Positions 13,377 through 28,700 are shown, numbered from the stretch's first letter. The stretch is DNA of 64,000 bases from Auanema rhodensis (GCA_964057225.1 OZ059896.1:4340001-4404000); one strand, 5' to 3'. Program-made: numbers and translations. Notes: generated by a model not told the origin, from the letters alone.

Positions 13377-14080
13377 GTACATTTAATTAGCATAAATTAA
13401 AGTTCACGTAAATTTCAAAGTCATGGTTACCATGAACCAATATCAATAAAAATTTGTTTTTAGACTAATATGGACATGGGGAATCTAATTTTGAAAACCG
13501 CATCTCTTTATCTTTCAAGTGAAGCGAGTTACATACCAAGTGCACATCACGTGTACATTTAATTAGCATAAATTAAAGTTCACGTAAAATTCAAAGTCAT
13601 GGTTACCATGAACCAATATCAATAAAAATTTGTTTTTAGACTAATTTGGACATGGGGAATCTAATTTTGAAAACCGCATCTCTTTATCTTTCAAGTGAAG
13701 CGAGTTACATACCAAGTGCACATCACGTGTACATTTAATTAGCATAAATTAAAGTTCACGTAAATTTCAAAGTCATGGTTACCATGAACCAATATCAATA
13801 AAAATTTGTTTTTAAACTAATATGGACATGGGGAATCTAATTTTGAAAACGGCATCTCTTTATCTTTCACGTGAAGCGAGTTACATACCTAGTGCACATC
13901 ACGTGTACATTTAATTAGCATAAGTTGAAGTTCACGTAAATTTCAAAGTCATGGTTACCATGAACCAATATCAATGAAAATTTGTTTTTAGACTAATATG
14001 GACATGGGGAATCTAATTTTGAAAACCGCATCTCTTTATCTTTCACGTGAAGCGAGTTACATATAAAGTGCACATCACGT

Positions 14081-17000
14081 GTACATTTAATTAGCATAAA
14101 TTAAAGATCACGTAAATTTCAAAGTCATGGTTACCATGCACCAATATTAATAAAAATTTGTTTTTAGACTAATATGGACATGGGGAATCTAATTTTGAAA
14201 ACCGCATCTCTTTATCTTTCAAGTGAAGCGAGTTACATACCAAGTGCACATCACGTGTACACTTAATTAGCATAAATTAAAGTTCACGTAAATTTCAAAG
14301 TCACGGTTACCATGCACCAATATCAATGAAAATTTGTTTTTAGACTAATATGGACATGGGGAATCTAATTTTGAAAACCGCATCTCTTTATCTTTCACGT
14401 GAAGCGAGTTACATACCAAGTGCACATCACGTGTACATTTAATTAGCATAAATTAAAGTTCACGTAAATTTCAAACTCATGGTTACCATGAACCAATATC
14501 AATAAAAATTTGTTTTTAGACTAATATGGACATGGAGAATCTAATTATGAAAACCGCATCTCTTTATCTTTCACGTGAAGCGAGTTACATACCAAGTGCA
14601 CATCACGTGTACATTTAATTAGCATAAATTAAAGTTCACGTAAATTTCAAAGTCATGGTTACCATGAACCAATATCAATAAAAATTTGTTTTTAAACTAA
14701 TATGGACATGGGGATTCTAATTTTGAAAACCGCATCTCTTTATCTTTCACGTGAAGCGAGTTACATATAAAGTGCACATCACGTGTACATTTAATTAGCA
14801 TAAATTAAAGTTCACGTAAAATTCAAAGTCATGGTTACCATGAACCAATATCAATAAAAATTTGTTTTTAAACTAATATGGACATGGGGAATCTAATTTT
14901 GAAAACCGCATCTCTTTATCTTTCACGTGAAGCGAGTTACATACCTAGTGCACATCACGTGTACATTTAATTAGCATAAATTAAAGTTCACGTAAATTTC
15001 AAAGTCATGGTTACCATGCACCAATATTAATAAAAATTTGTTTTTAGACTAATATGGACATGGGGAATCTAATTTTGAAAACCGCATCTCTTTATCTTTC
15101 AAGTGAAGCGAGTTACATACCAAGTGCACATCACGTGTACACTTAATTAGCATAAATTAAAGTTCACGTAAATTTCAAAGTCACGGTTACCATGCACCAA
15201 TATCAATGAAAATTTGTTTTTAGACTAATATGGACATGGGGAATCTAATTTTGAAAACCGCATCTCTTTATCTTTCACGTGAAGCGAGTTACATACCAAG
15301 TGCACATCACGTGTACATTTAATTAGCATAAATTAAAGTTCACGTAAATTTCAAAGTCATGGTTACCATGAACCAATATCAATAAAAATTTGTTTTTAGA
15401 CTAATATGGACATGGAGAATCTAATTATGAAAACCGCATCTCTTCATCTTTCACGTGAAGCGAGTTACATACCAAGTGCACATCACGTGTACATTTAATT
15501 AGCATAAATTAAAGTTCACGTAAATTTCAAAGTCATGGTTACCATGAACCAATATCAATAAAAATTTGTTTTTAAACTAATATGGACATGGGGATTCTAA
15601 TTTTGAAAACCGCATCTCTTTATCTTTCACGTGAAGCGAGTTACATATAAAGTGCACATCACGTGTACATTTAATTAGCATAAATTAAAGTTCACGTAAA
15701 ATTCAAAGTCATGGTTACCATGAACCAATATCAATAAAAATTTGTTTTTAAACTAATATGGACATGGGGAATCTAATTTTGAAAACCGCATCTCTTTATC
15801 TTTCACGTGAAGCGAGTTACATACCTAGTGCACATCACGTGTACATTTAATTAGCATAAATTAAAGTTCACGTAAATTTCAAAGTCATGGTTACCATGAA
15901 CCAATATCAATAAAAATTTGTTTTTAGACTAATATGGACATGGGGAATCTAATTTTGAAAACCGCATCTCTTTATCTTTCACGTGAAGCGAGTTACATAT
16001 AAAGTGCACATCACGTGTACATTTAATTAGCATAAATTAAAGTTCACGTAAATTTTAAAGTCATGGTTACCATGAACCAATATCAATAAAAATTTGTTTT
16101 TAAACTAATATGGACATGGGGAATCTAATTTTGAAAACCGCATCTCTTTATCTTTCACGTGAAGCGAGTTACATACCTAGTGCACATCACGTGTACATTT
16201 AATTAGCATAAATTAAAGTTCACGTAAATTTCAAAGTCATGGTTACCATGCACCAATATTAATAAAAATTTGTTTTTAGACTAATATGGACATGGGGAAT
16301 CTAATTTTGAAAACCGCATCTCTTTATCTTTCAAGTGAAGCGAGTTACATACCAAGTGCACATCACGTGTACACTTAATTAGCATAAATTAAAGTTCACG
16401 TAAATTTCAAAGTCACGGTTACCATGCACCAATATCAATGAAAATTTGTTTTTAGACTAATATGGACATGGGGAATCTAATTTTGAAAACCGCATCTCTT
16501 TATCTTTCACGTGAAGCGAGTTACATACCAAGTGCACATCACGTGTACATTTAATTAGCATAAATTAAAGTTCACGTAAATTTCAAACTCATGGTTACCA
16601 TGAACCAATATCAATAAAAATTTGTTTTTAGACTAATATGGACATGGAGAATCTAATTATGAAAACCGCATCTCTTTATCTTTCACGTGAAGCGAGTTAC
16701 ATACCAAGTGCACATCACGTGTACATTTAATTAGCATAAATTAAAGTTCACGTAAATTTCAAAGTCATGGTTACCATGAACCAATATCAATAAAAATTTG
16801 TTTTTAAACTAATATGGACATGGGGATTCTAATTTTGAAAACCGCATCTCTTTATCTTTCACGTGAAGCGAGTTACATATAAAGTGCACATCACGTGTAC
16901 ATTTAATTAGCATAAATTAAAGTTCACGTAAAATTCAAAGTCATGGTTACCATGAACCAATATCAATAAAAATTTGTTTTTAAACTAATATGGACATGGG

Positions 17001-17248
17001 GAATCTAATTTTGAAAACCGCATCTCTTTATCTTTCACGTGAAGCGAGTTACATACCTAGTGCACATCACGTGTACATTTAATTAGCATAAATTAAAGTT
17101 CACGTAAATTTCAAAGTCATGGTTACCATGAACCAATATCAATAAAAATTTGTTTTTAGACTAATATGGACATGGGGAATCTAATTTTGAAAACCGCATC
17201 TCTTTATCTTTCACGTGAAGCGAGTTACATATAAAGTGCACATCACGT
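14081..17248. repeat. 5-mer higher-order repeat (880 bp), three copies starting at 14081, 14961 and 16193, with 2-monomer spacer
   Basis: Private markers tcacggttac (T48C) with caatgaaa, and ggagaatctaattatga, recur at offsets 880 and then 1232. Confidence 0.88.
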
Positions 17249-19452
17249 GTACATTTAATTAGCATAAATTAAAGTTCACGTAAATTTTAAAGTCATGGTT
17301 ACCATGCACCAATATTAATAAAAATTGGTTTTTAGACTAATATGGACATGGGGAATCTAATTTTGAAAACTGCATCTCTTTATCTTTCACGTGAAGCGAG
17401 TTACATACCAAGTGCACATCACGTGTACACTTAATTAGCATAAATTAAAGTTCACGTTAATTTCAAAGTCATGGTTACCATGAACCAATATCAATAAAAA
17501 TTTGTTTTTAGACTAATATGGACATGGGGAATCTAATTTTGAAAACCGCATCTCTTTATCTTTCACGTGAAGCGAGTTACATACCAAGTGCACATCACGT
17601 GTACACTAAATTAGCATAAATTAAAGTTCACGTTAATTTCAAAGTCATGGTTACCATGCACCAATATCAATAAAAATTTGTTTTTAGACTAATTTGGACA
17701 TGGGGAATCTAATTTTGAAAACCGCATCTCTTTATCTTTCACGTGAGGCGAGTTACATACCAAGTGCACATCACGTGTACATTTAATTAGCATAAATTAA
17801 AGTTCACGTAAATTTCAAAGTCATGGTTACCATGAACCAATATCAATAAAAATTTGTTTTTAGACTAATATGGACATGGGGAATCTAATTTTGAAAACCG
17901 CATCTCTTTATCTTTCAAGTGAAGCGAGTTACATACCAAGTGCACATCACGTGTACATTTAATTAGCATAAATTAAAGTTCACGTAAATTTCAAATTCAT
18001 GGTTACCATGAACCAATATCAATAAAAATTTGTTTTTAAACTAATATGGACATGGGGATTCTAATTTTGAAAACCGCATCTCTTTATCTTTCACGTGAAG
18101 CGAGTTACATACCTAGTGCACATCACGTGTACATTTAATTAGCATAAATTAAAGTTCACGTAAATTTCAAAGTCATGGTTACCATGAACCAATATCAATA
18201 AAAATTTGTTTTTAGACTAATTTGGACATGGGGAATCTAATTTTGAAAACCGCATCTCTTTATCTTTCAAGTGAAGCGAGTTACATACCAAGTGCACATC
18301 ACGTGTACATTTAATTAGCATAAATTAAAGTTCACGTAAAATTCAAAGTCATGGTTACCATGAACCAATATCAATAAAAATTTGTTTTTAAACTAATATG
18401 GACATGGGGAATCTAATTTTGAAAACCGCATCTCTTTATCTTTCACGTGAAGCGAGTTACATACCTAGTGCACATCACGTGTACATTTAATTAGCATAAA
18501 TTAAAGTTCACGTAAATTTCAAAGTCATGGTTACCATGAACCAATATCAATAAAAATTTGTTTTTAGACTAATATGGACATGGGGAATCTAATTTTGAAA
18601 ACCGCATCTCTTTATCTTTCACGTGAAGCGAGTTACATATAAAGTGCACATCACGTGTACATTTAATTAGCATAAATTAAAGTTCACGTAAATTTCAAAG
18701 TCATGGTTACCATGAACCAATATTAATAAAAATTTGTTTTTAGACTAATATGGACATGGGGAATCTAATTTTGAAAACCGCATCTCTTTATCTTTCACGT
18801 GAGGCGAGTTACATACCAAGTGCACATCACGTGTACATTTAATTAGCATAAATTAAAGTTCACGTAAATTTCAAAGTCATGGTTACCATGAACCAATATC
18901 AATAAAAATTTGTTTTTAGACTAATATGGACATGGGGAATCTAATTTTGAAAACCGCATCTCTTTATCTTTCACGTGAAGCGAGTTACATATAAAGTGCA
19001 CATCACGTGTACACTTAATTAGCATAAATTAAAGTTCACGTTAATTTCAAAGTCATGGTTACCATGAACCAATATCAATAAAAATTTGTTTTTAGACTAA
19101 TATGGACATGGGGAATCTAATTTTGAAAACCGCATCTCTTTATCTTTCACGTGAAGCGAGTTACATACCAAGTGCACATCACGTGTACATTTAATTAGCA
19201 TAAATTAAAGTTCACGTAAATTTCAAAGTCATGGTTACCATGAACCAATATCAATAAAAATTTGTTTTTAGACTAATTTGGACATGGGGAATCTAATTTT
19301 GAAAACCGCATCTCTTTATCTTTCAAGTGAAGCGAGTTACATACCAAGTGCACATCACGTGTACATTTAATTAGCATAAATTAAAGTTCACGTAAAATTC
19401 AAAGTCATGGTTACCATGAACCAATATCAATAAAAATTTGTTTTTAAACTAA

Positions 19453-19464
19453 TATGGATATGGA
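19453..19464. other. 6-bp micro-duplication (TATGGA x2) giving a 182-bp monomer; also at 22100-22111, 24571-24582 and 25633-25644
   Basis: aatatggatatggacat replaces aatatggacat, and the monomer phase shifts by +6 at each site. Confidence 0.95.
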
Positions 19465-20070
19465 CATGGGGAATCTAATTTTGAAAACCGCATCTCTTTA
19501 TCTTTCACGTGAAGCGAGTTACATACCTAGTGCACATCACGTGTACACTTAATTAGCATAAATTAAAGTTCACGTTAATTTCAAAGTCATGGTTACCATG
19601 AACCAATATCAATAAAAATTTGTTTTTAGACTAATATGGACATGGGGAATCTAATTTTGAAAACCGCATCTCTTTATCTTTCACGTGAAGCGAGTTACAT
19701 ATAAAGTGCACATCACGTGTACACTTAATTAGCATAAATTAAAGTTCACGTTAATTTCAAAGTCATGGTTACCATGAACCAATATCAATAAAAATTTGTT
19801 TTTAGACTAATATGGACATGGGGAATCTAATTTTGAAAACCGCATCTCTTTATCTTTCACGTGAAGCGAGTTACATATAAAGTGCACATCACGTGTACAT
19901 TTAATTAGCATAAATTAAAGTTCACGTAAATTTCAAAGTCATGGTTACCATGCACCAATATTAATAAAAATTTGTTTTTAGACTAATATGGACATGGGGA
20001 ATCTAATTTTGAAAACCGCATCTCTTTATCTTTCACGTGAAGCGAGTTACATACCAAGTGCACATCACGT

Positions 20071-23000
20071 GTACACTAAATTAGCATAAATTAAAGTTCA
20101 CGTTAATTTCAAAGTCATGGTTACCATGCACCAATATCAATAAAAATTTGTTTTTAGACTAATTTGGACATGGGGAATCTAATTTTGAAAACCGCATCTC
20201 TTTATCTTTCACGTGAGGCGAGTTACATACCAAGTGCACATCACGTGTACATTTAATTAGCATAAATTAAAGTTCACGTAAATTTCAAAGTCATGGTTAC
20301 CATGAACCAATATCAATAAAAATTTGTTTTTAGACTAATATGGACATGGGGAATCTAATTTTGAAAACCGCATCTCTTTATCTTTCAAGTGAAGCGAGTT
20401 ACATACCAAGTGCACATCACGTGTACATTTAATTAGCATAAATTAAAGTTCACGTAAATTTCAAATTCATGGTTACCATGAACCAATATCAATAAAAATT
20501 TGTTTTTAAACTAATATGGACATGGGGATTCTAATTTTGAAAACCGCATCTCTTTATCTTTCACGTGAAGCGAGTTACATACCTAGTGCACATCACGTGT
20601 ACATTTAATTAGCATAAATTAAAGTTCACGTAAATTTCAAATTCATGGTTACCATGAACCAATATCAATAAAAATTTGTTTTTAAACTAATATGGACATG
20701 GGGATTCTAATTTTGAAAACCGCATCTCTTTATCTTTCACGTGAAGCGAGTTACATACCTAGTGCACATCACGTGTACATTTAATTAGCATAAATTAAAG
20801 TTCACGTAAATTTCAAAGTCATGGTTACCATGAACCAATATCAATAAAAATTTGTTTTTAGACTAATTTGGACATGGGGAATCTAATTTTGAAAACCGCA
20901 TCTCTTTATCTTTCAAGTGAAGCGAGTTACATACCAAGTGCACATCACGTGTACATTTAATTAGCATAAATTAAAGTTCACGTAAATTTCAAATTCATGG
21001 TTTACCATGAACCAATATCAATAAAAATTTGTTTTTAAACTAATATGGACATGGGGAATCTAATTTTGAAAACCGCATCTCTTTATCTTTCACGTGAAGC
21101 GAGTTACATACCTAGTGCACATCACGTGTACATTTAATTAGCATAAATTAAAGTTCACGTAAATTTCAAATTCATGGTTACCATGAACCAATATCAATAA
21201 AAATTTGTTTTTAAACTAATATGGACATGGGGATTCTAATTTTGAAAACCGCATCTCTTTATCTTTCACGTGAAGCGAGTTACATACCTAGTGCACATCA
21301 CGTGTACATTTAATTAGCATAAATTAAAGTTCACGTAAATTTCAAAGTCATGGTTACCATGAACCAATATCAATAAAAATTTGTTTTTAGACTAATTTGG
21401 ACATGGGGAATCTAATTTTGAAAACCGCATCTCTTTATCTTTCAAGTGAAGCGAGTTACATACCAAGTGCACATCACGTGTACATTTAATTAGCATAAAT
21501 TAAAGTTCACGTAAATTTCAAAGTCATGGTTACCATGAACCAATATCAATAAAAATTCGTTTTTAGACTAATATGGACATGGGGAATCTAATTTTGAAAA
21601 CCGCATCTCTTTATCTTTCACGTGAAGCGAGTTACATATAAAGTGCACATCAAGTGTACATTTAATTAGCATAAATTAAAGTTCACGTAAATTTCAAAGT
21701 CATGGTTACCATGCACCAATATTAATAAAAATTTGTTTTTAGACTAATATGGACATGGGGAATCTAATTTTGAAAACCGCATCTCTTTATCTTTCACGTG
21801 AAGCGAGTTACATACCAAGTGCACATCACGTGTACATTTAATTAGCATAAATTAAAGTTCACGTAAATTTCAAAGTCATGGTTACCATGAACCAATATCA
21901 ATAAAAATTTGTTTTTAGACTAATTTGGACATGGGGAATCTAATTTTGAAAACCGCATCTCTTTATCTTTCAAGTGAAGCGAGTTACATACCAAGTGCAC
22001 ATCACGTGTACATTTAATTAGCATAAATTAAAGTTCACGTAAAATTCAAAGTCATGGTTACCATGAACCAATATCAATAAAAATTTGTTTTTAAACTAAT
22101 ATGGATATGGACATGGGGAATCTAATTTTGAAAACCGCATCTCTTTATCTTTCACGTGAAGCGAGTTACATACCTAGTGCACATCACGTGTACATTTAAT
22201 TAGCATAAATTAAAGTTCACGTAAATTTCAAATTCATGGTTACCATGAACCAATATCAATAAAAATTTGTTTTTAAACTAATATGGACATGGGGATTCTA
22301 ATTTTGAAAACCGCATCTCTTTATCTTTCACGTGAAGCGAGTTACATACCTAGTGCACATCACGTGTACATTTAATTAGCATAAATTAAAGTTCACGTAA
22401 ATTTCAAAGTCATGGTTACCATGAACCAATATCAATAAAAATTTGTTTTTAGACTAATATGGACATGGGGAATCTAATTTTGAAAACCGCATCTCTTTAT
22501 CTTTCACGTGAAGCGAGTTACATACCAAGTGCACATCACGTGTACACTAAATTAGCATAAATTAAAGTTCACGTTAATTTCAAAGTCATGGTTACCATGC
22601 ACCAATATCAATAAAAATTTGTTTTTAGACTAATTTGGACATGGGGAATCTAATTTTGAAAACCGCATCTCTTTATCTTTCACGTGAGGCGAGTTACATA
22701 CCAAGTGCACATCACGTGTACATTTAATTAGCATAAATTAAAGTTCACGTAAATTTCAAAGTCATGGTTACCATGAACCAATATCAATAAAAATTTGTTT
22801 TTAGACTAATATGGACATGGGGAATCTAATTTTGAAAACCGCATCTCTTTATCTTTCAAGTGAAGCGAGTTACATACCAAGTGCACATCACGTGTACATT
22901 TAATTAGCATAAATTAAAGTTCACGTAAATTTCAAATTCATGGTTACCATGAACCAATATCAATAAAAATTTGTTTTTAAACTAATATGGACATGGGGAT

Positions 23001-25012
23001 TCTAATTTTGAAAACCGCATCTCTTTATCTTTCACGTGAAGCGAGTTACATACCTAGTGCACATCACGTGTACATTTAATTAGCATAAATTAAAGTTCAC
23101 GTAAATTTCAAATTCATGGTTACCATGAACCAATATCAATAAAAATTTGTTTTTAAACTAATATGGACATGGGGATTCTAATTTTGAAAACCGCATCTCT
23201 TTATCTTTCACGTGAAGCGAGTTACATACCTAGTGCACATCACGTGTACATTTAATTAGCATAAATTAAAGTTCACGTAAATTTCAAAGTCATGGTTACC
23301 ATGAACCAATATCAATAAAAATTTGTTTTTAGACTAATTTGGACATGGGGAATCTAATTTTGAAAACCGCATCTCTTTATCTTTCAAGTGAAGCGAGTTA
23401 CATACCAAGTGCACATCACGTGTACATTTAATTAGCATAAATTAAAGTTCACGTAAATTTCAAATTCATGGTTTACCATGAACCAATATCAATAAAAATT
23501 TGTTTTTAAACTAATATGGACATGGGGAATCTAATTTTGAAAACCGCATCTCTTTATCTTTCACGTGAAGCGAGTTACATACCTAGTGCACATCACGTGT
23601 ACATTTAATTAGCATAAATTAAAGTTCACGTAAATTTCAAATTCATGGTTACCATGAACCAATATCAATAAAAATTTGTTTTTAAACTAATATGGACATG
23701 GGGATTCTAATTTTGAAAACCGCATCTCTTTATCTTTCACGTGAAGCGAGTTACATACCTAGTGCACATCACGTGTACATTTAATTAGCATAAATTAAAG
23801 TTCACGTAAATTTCAAAGTCATGGTTACCATGAACCAATATCAATAAAAATTTGTTTTTAGACTAATTTGGACATGGGGAATCTAATTTTGAAAACCGCA
23901 TCTCTTTATCTTTCAAGTGAAGCGAGTTACATACCAAGTGCACATCACGTGTACATTTAATTAGCATAAATTAAAGTTCACGTAAATTTCAAAGTCATGG
24001 TTACCATGAACCAATATCAATAAAAATTCGTTTTTAGACTAATATGGACATGGGGAATCTAATTTTGAAAACCGCATCTCTTTATCTTTCACGTGAAGCG
24101 AGTTACATATAAAGTGCACATCAAGTGTACATTTAATTAGCATAAATTAAAGTTCACGTAAATTTCAAAGTCATGGTTACCATGCACCAATATTAATAAA
24201 AATTTGTTTTTAGACTAATATGGACATGGGGAATCTAATTTTGAAAACCGCATCTCTTTATCTTTCACGTGAAGCGAGTTACATACCAAGTGCACATCAC
24301 GTGTACATTTAATTAGCATAAATTAAAGTTCACGTAAATTTCAAAGTCATGGTTACCATGAACCAATATCAATAAAAATTTGTTTTTAGACTAATTTGGA
24401 CATGGGGAATCTAATTTTGAAAACCGCATCTCTTTATCTTTCAAGTGAAGCGAGTTACATACCAAGTGCACATCACGTGTACATTTAATTAGCATAAATT
24501 AAAGTTCACGTAAAATTCAAAGTCATGGTTACCATGAACCAATATCAATAAAAATTTGTTTTTAAACTAATATGGATATGGACATGGGGAATCTAATTTT
24601 GAAAACCGCATCTCTTTATCTTTCACGTGAAGCGAGTTACATACCTAGTGCACATCACGTGTACATTTAATTAGCATAAATTAAAGTTCACGTAAATTTC
24701 AAATTCATGGTTACCATGAACCAATATCAATAAAAATTTGTTTTTAAACTAATATGGACATGGGGATTCTAATTTTGAAAACCGCATCTCTTTATCTTTC
24801 ACGTGAAGCGAGTTACATACCTAGTGCACATCACGTGTACATTTAATTAGCATAAATTAAAGTTCACGTAAATTTCAAAGTCATGGTTACCATGAACCAA
24901 TATCAATAAAAATTTGTTTTTAGACTAATTTGGACATGGGGAATCTAATTTTGAAAACCGCATCTCTTTATCTTTCAAGTGAAGCGAGTTACATACCAAG
25001 TGCACATCACGT
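20071..25012. repeat. Tandem duplication of a 14-monomer block (2471 bp, includes one +1 and one +6 insertion)
   Basis: gtacactaaa at 20071/22542, ggtttacc at ~21001/23472 and tatggatatgga at 22100/24571 all share offset 2471 = 14x176+7. Confidence 0.92.
20999..21006. other. 1-bp T insertion (GGTTTACC) giving a 177-bp monomer; also at ~23470-23477
   Basis: catggtttaccatg replaces catggttaccatg, and the phase shifts by +1. It is seen twice in homologous HOR positions. Confidence 0.9.
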
Positions 25013-25722
25013 GTACATTTAATTAGCATAAATTAAAGTTCACGTAAATTTCAAAGTCATGGTTACCATGAACCAATATCAATAAAAATTCGTTTTTAGA
25101 CTAATATGGACATGGGGAATCTAATTTTGAAAACCGCATCTCTTTATCTTTCACGTGAAGCGAGTTACATATAAAGTGCACATCAAGTGTACATTTAATT
25201 AGCATAAATTAAAGTTCACGTAAATTTCAAAGTCATGGTTACCATGCACCAATATTAATAAAAATTTGTTTTTAGACTAATATGGACATGGGGAATCTAA
25301 TTTTGAAAACCGCATCTCTTTATCTTTCACGTGAAGCGAGTTACATACCAAGTGCACATCACGTGTACATTTAATTAGCATAAATTAAAGTTCACGTAAA
25401 TTTCAAAGTCATGGTTACCATGAACCAATATCAATAAAAATTTGTTTTTAGACTAATTTGGACATGGGGAATCTAATTTTGAAAACCGCATCTCTTTATC
25501 TTTCAAGTGAAGCGAGTTACATACCAAGTGCACATCACGTGTACATTTAATTAGCATAAATTAAAGTTCACGTAAAATTCAAAGTCATGGTTACCATGAA
25601 CCAATATCAATAAAAATTTGTTTTTAAACTAATATGGATATGGACATGGGGAATCTAATTTTGAAAACCGCATCTCTTTATCTTTCACGTGAAGCGAGTT
25701 ACATACCTAGTGCACATCACGT
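23599..25722. repeat. Tandem duplication of a 6-monomer block (1062 bp); a third copy lies at 21128-22189
   Basis: The 6-bp duplication at 24571/25633 and the aaaattcg + tataaagtgcacatcaag monomer at 23951/25013 share offset 1062 = 6x176+6. Confidence 0.9.
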
Positions 25723-28700
25723 GTACATTTAATTAGCATAAATTAAAGTTCACGTAAATTTCAAAGTCATGGTTACCATGAACCAGTATCAATAAAAATT
25801 CGTTTTTAGACTAATATGGACATGGGGAATCTAATTTTGAAAACCGCATCTCTTTATCTTTCACGTGAAGCGAGTTACATATAAAGTGCACATCACGTGT
25901 ACATTTAATTAGCATAAATTAAAGTTCACGTAAATTTCAAAGTCATGGTTACCATGCACCAATATTAATAAAAATTTGTTTTTAGACTAATATGGACATG
26001 GGGAATCTAATTTTGAAAACCGCATCTCTTTATCTTTCACGTGAAGCGAGTTACATACCAAGTGCACATCACGTGTACACTTAATTAGCATAAATTAAAG
26101 TTCACGTAAATTTCAAAGTCATGGTTACCATGCACCAATATCAATAAAAATTTGTTTTTAGACTAATATGGACATGGCGAATCTAATTTTGAAAACCGCA
26201 TCTCTTTATCTTTCAAGTGAAGCGAGTTACATACCAAGTGCACATCACGTGTACATTTAATTAGCATAAATTAAAGTTCACGTAAATTTCAAAGTCATGG
26301 TTACCATGAACCATTATCAATAAAAATTTGTTTTTAGACTAATTTGGACATGGGGAATCTAATTTTGAAAACCGCATCTCTTTATCTTTCAAGTGAAGCG
26401 AGTTACATACCGAGTGCACATCACGTGTACATTTAATTAGCATAAATTAAAGTTCACGTAAATTTCAAAGTCATGGTTACCATGCACCAATATCAATAAA
26501 AATTTGTTTTTAGACTAATTTGGACATGGGGAATCTAATTTTGAAAACCGCATCTCTTTATCTTTCAAGTGAAGCGAGTTACATACCAAGTGCACATCAC
26601 GTGTACATTTAATCAGCATAAATTAAAGTTCACGTAAATTTCAAAGTCATGGTTACCATGAACCAATATCAATAAAAATTTGTTTTTAAACTAATATGGA
26701 CATGGGGAATCTAATTTTGAAAACCGCATCTCTTTATCTTTCACGTGAAGCGAGTTACATACCTAGAGCACATCACGTGTACATTTAATTAGCATAAATT
26801 AAAGTTCACGTAAATTTCAAAGTGATGGTTACCATGAACCAATATCAATAAAAATTTGTTTTTAAACTAATATGGACATGGGGAATCTTATTTTGAAAAC
26901 CGCATCCCTTTATCTTTCACGTGAAGCGAGTTACATACCTAGTGCACATCACGTGTACATTTAATTAGCATAAATTAAAGTTCACGTAAATTTCAAAGTC
27001 ATGGTTACCATGCACCAATATCAATAAAAATTTGTTTTCAAACTAATATGGACATGGGGATTCTAATTTTGAAAACCGCATCTCTTTATCTTTCACGTGA
27101 AGCGAGTTACATACCTAGTGCACATCACGTGTACATTTAATTAGCATAAATTAAAGTTCACGTAAATTTCAAAGTCATGGTTACCATGAACCAATATCAA
27201 TAAAAATTTGTTTTTAGACTAATTTGGACATGGGGAATCTAATTTTGAAAACCGCATCTCTTTATCTTTCAAGTGAAGCGAGTTACATACCAAGTGCACA
27301 TCACGTGTACATTTAATTAGCATAAATTAAAGTTCACGTAAATTTCAAAGTCATGGTTACCATGAACCAATATCAATGAAAATTTGTTTTTAGACTAATA
27401 TGGACATGGGGAATCTAATTTTGAAAACCGCATCTCTTTATCTTTCAAGTGAAGCGAGTTACATACCAAGTGCACATCACGTGTACATTTAATTAGCATA
27501 AATTAAAGTTCACGTAAATTTCAAAGTCATGGTTACCATGAACCAATATCAATAAAAATTTGTTTTTAAACTAATATGGACATGGGGAATCTAATTTTGA
27601 AAACCGCATCTCTTTATCTTTCACGTGAAGCGAGTTACATACCTAGAGCACATCACGTGTACATTTAATTAGCATATATTAAAGTTCACGTAAATTTCAA
27701 AGTCATGGTTACCATGAACCAATATCAATAAAAATTTGTTTTTAGACTAATATGGACATGGGGAATCTAATTTTGAAAACCGCATCTCTTTATCTTTCAC
27801 GTGACGCGAGTTACATATAAAGTGCACATCACGTGTACATTTAATTAGCATAAATTAAAGTTCACGTAAATTTCAAAGTCATGGTTACCATGCACCAATA
27901 TTAATAAAAATTTGTTTTTAGACTAATTTGGACATGGGGAATCTAATTTTGAAAACCGCATCTCTTTATCTTTCACGTGAAGCGAGTTACATACCAAGTG
28001 CACATCACGTGTACATTTAATTAGCATAAATTAAAGTTCACGTAAATTTCAAAGTCATGGTTACCATGAACCAATATCAATAAAAATTTGTTTTTAGACT
28101 AATTTGGACATGGGGAATCTAATTTTGAAAACCGCATCTCTTTATCTTTCAAGTGAAGCGAGTTACATACCAAGTGCACATCACGTGTACATTTAATTAG
28201 CATAAATTAAAGTTCACGTAAATTTCAAAGTCATGGTTACCATGAACCAATATCAATAAAAATTTGTTTTTAAACTAATATGGACATGGGGAATCTAATT
28301 TTGTAAACCGCATCTCTTTATCTTTCACGTGAAGCGAGTTACATACCTAGTGCACATCACGTGTACATTTAATTAGCATAAATTAAAGTTCACGTAAATT
28401 TCAAAGTCATGGTTACCATGAACCAATATCAATAAAAATTCGTTTTTAGACTAATATGGACATAGGGAATCTAATTTTGAAAACCGCATCTCTTTATCTT
28501 TCACGTGAAGCGAGTTACATACCTAGAGCACATCACGTGTACACTTAATTAGCATAAATTAAAGTTCACGTAAATTTCAAAGTCATGGTTATCATGCACC
28601 AATATCAATAAAAATTTGTTTTTAGACTAATTTGGACATGGGGAATCTAATTTTGAAAACCGCATTTCTTTATCTTTCAAGTGAAGCGAGTTACATACCA

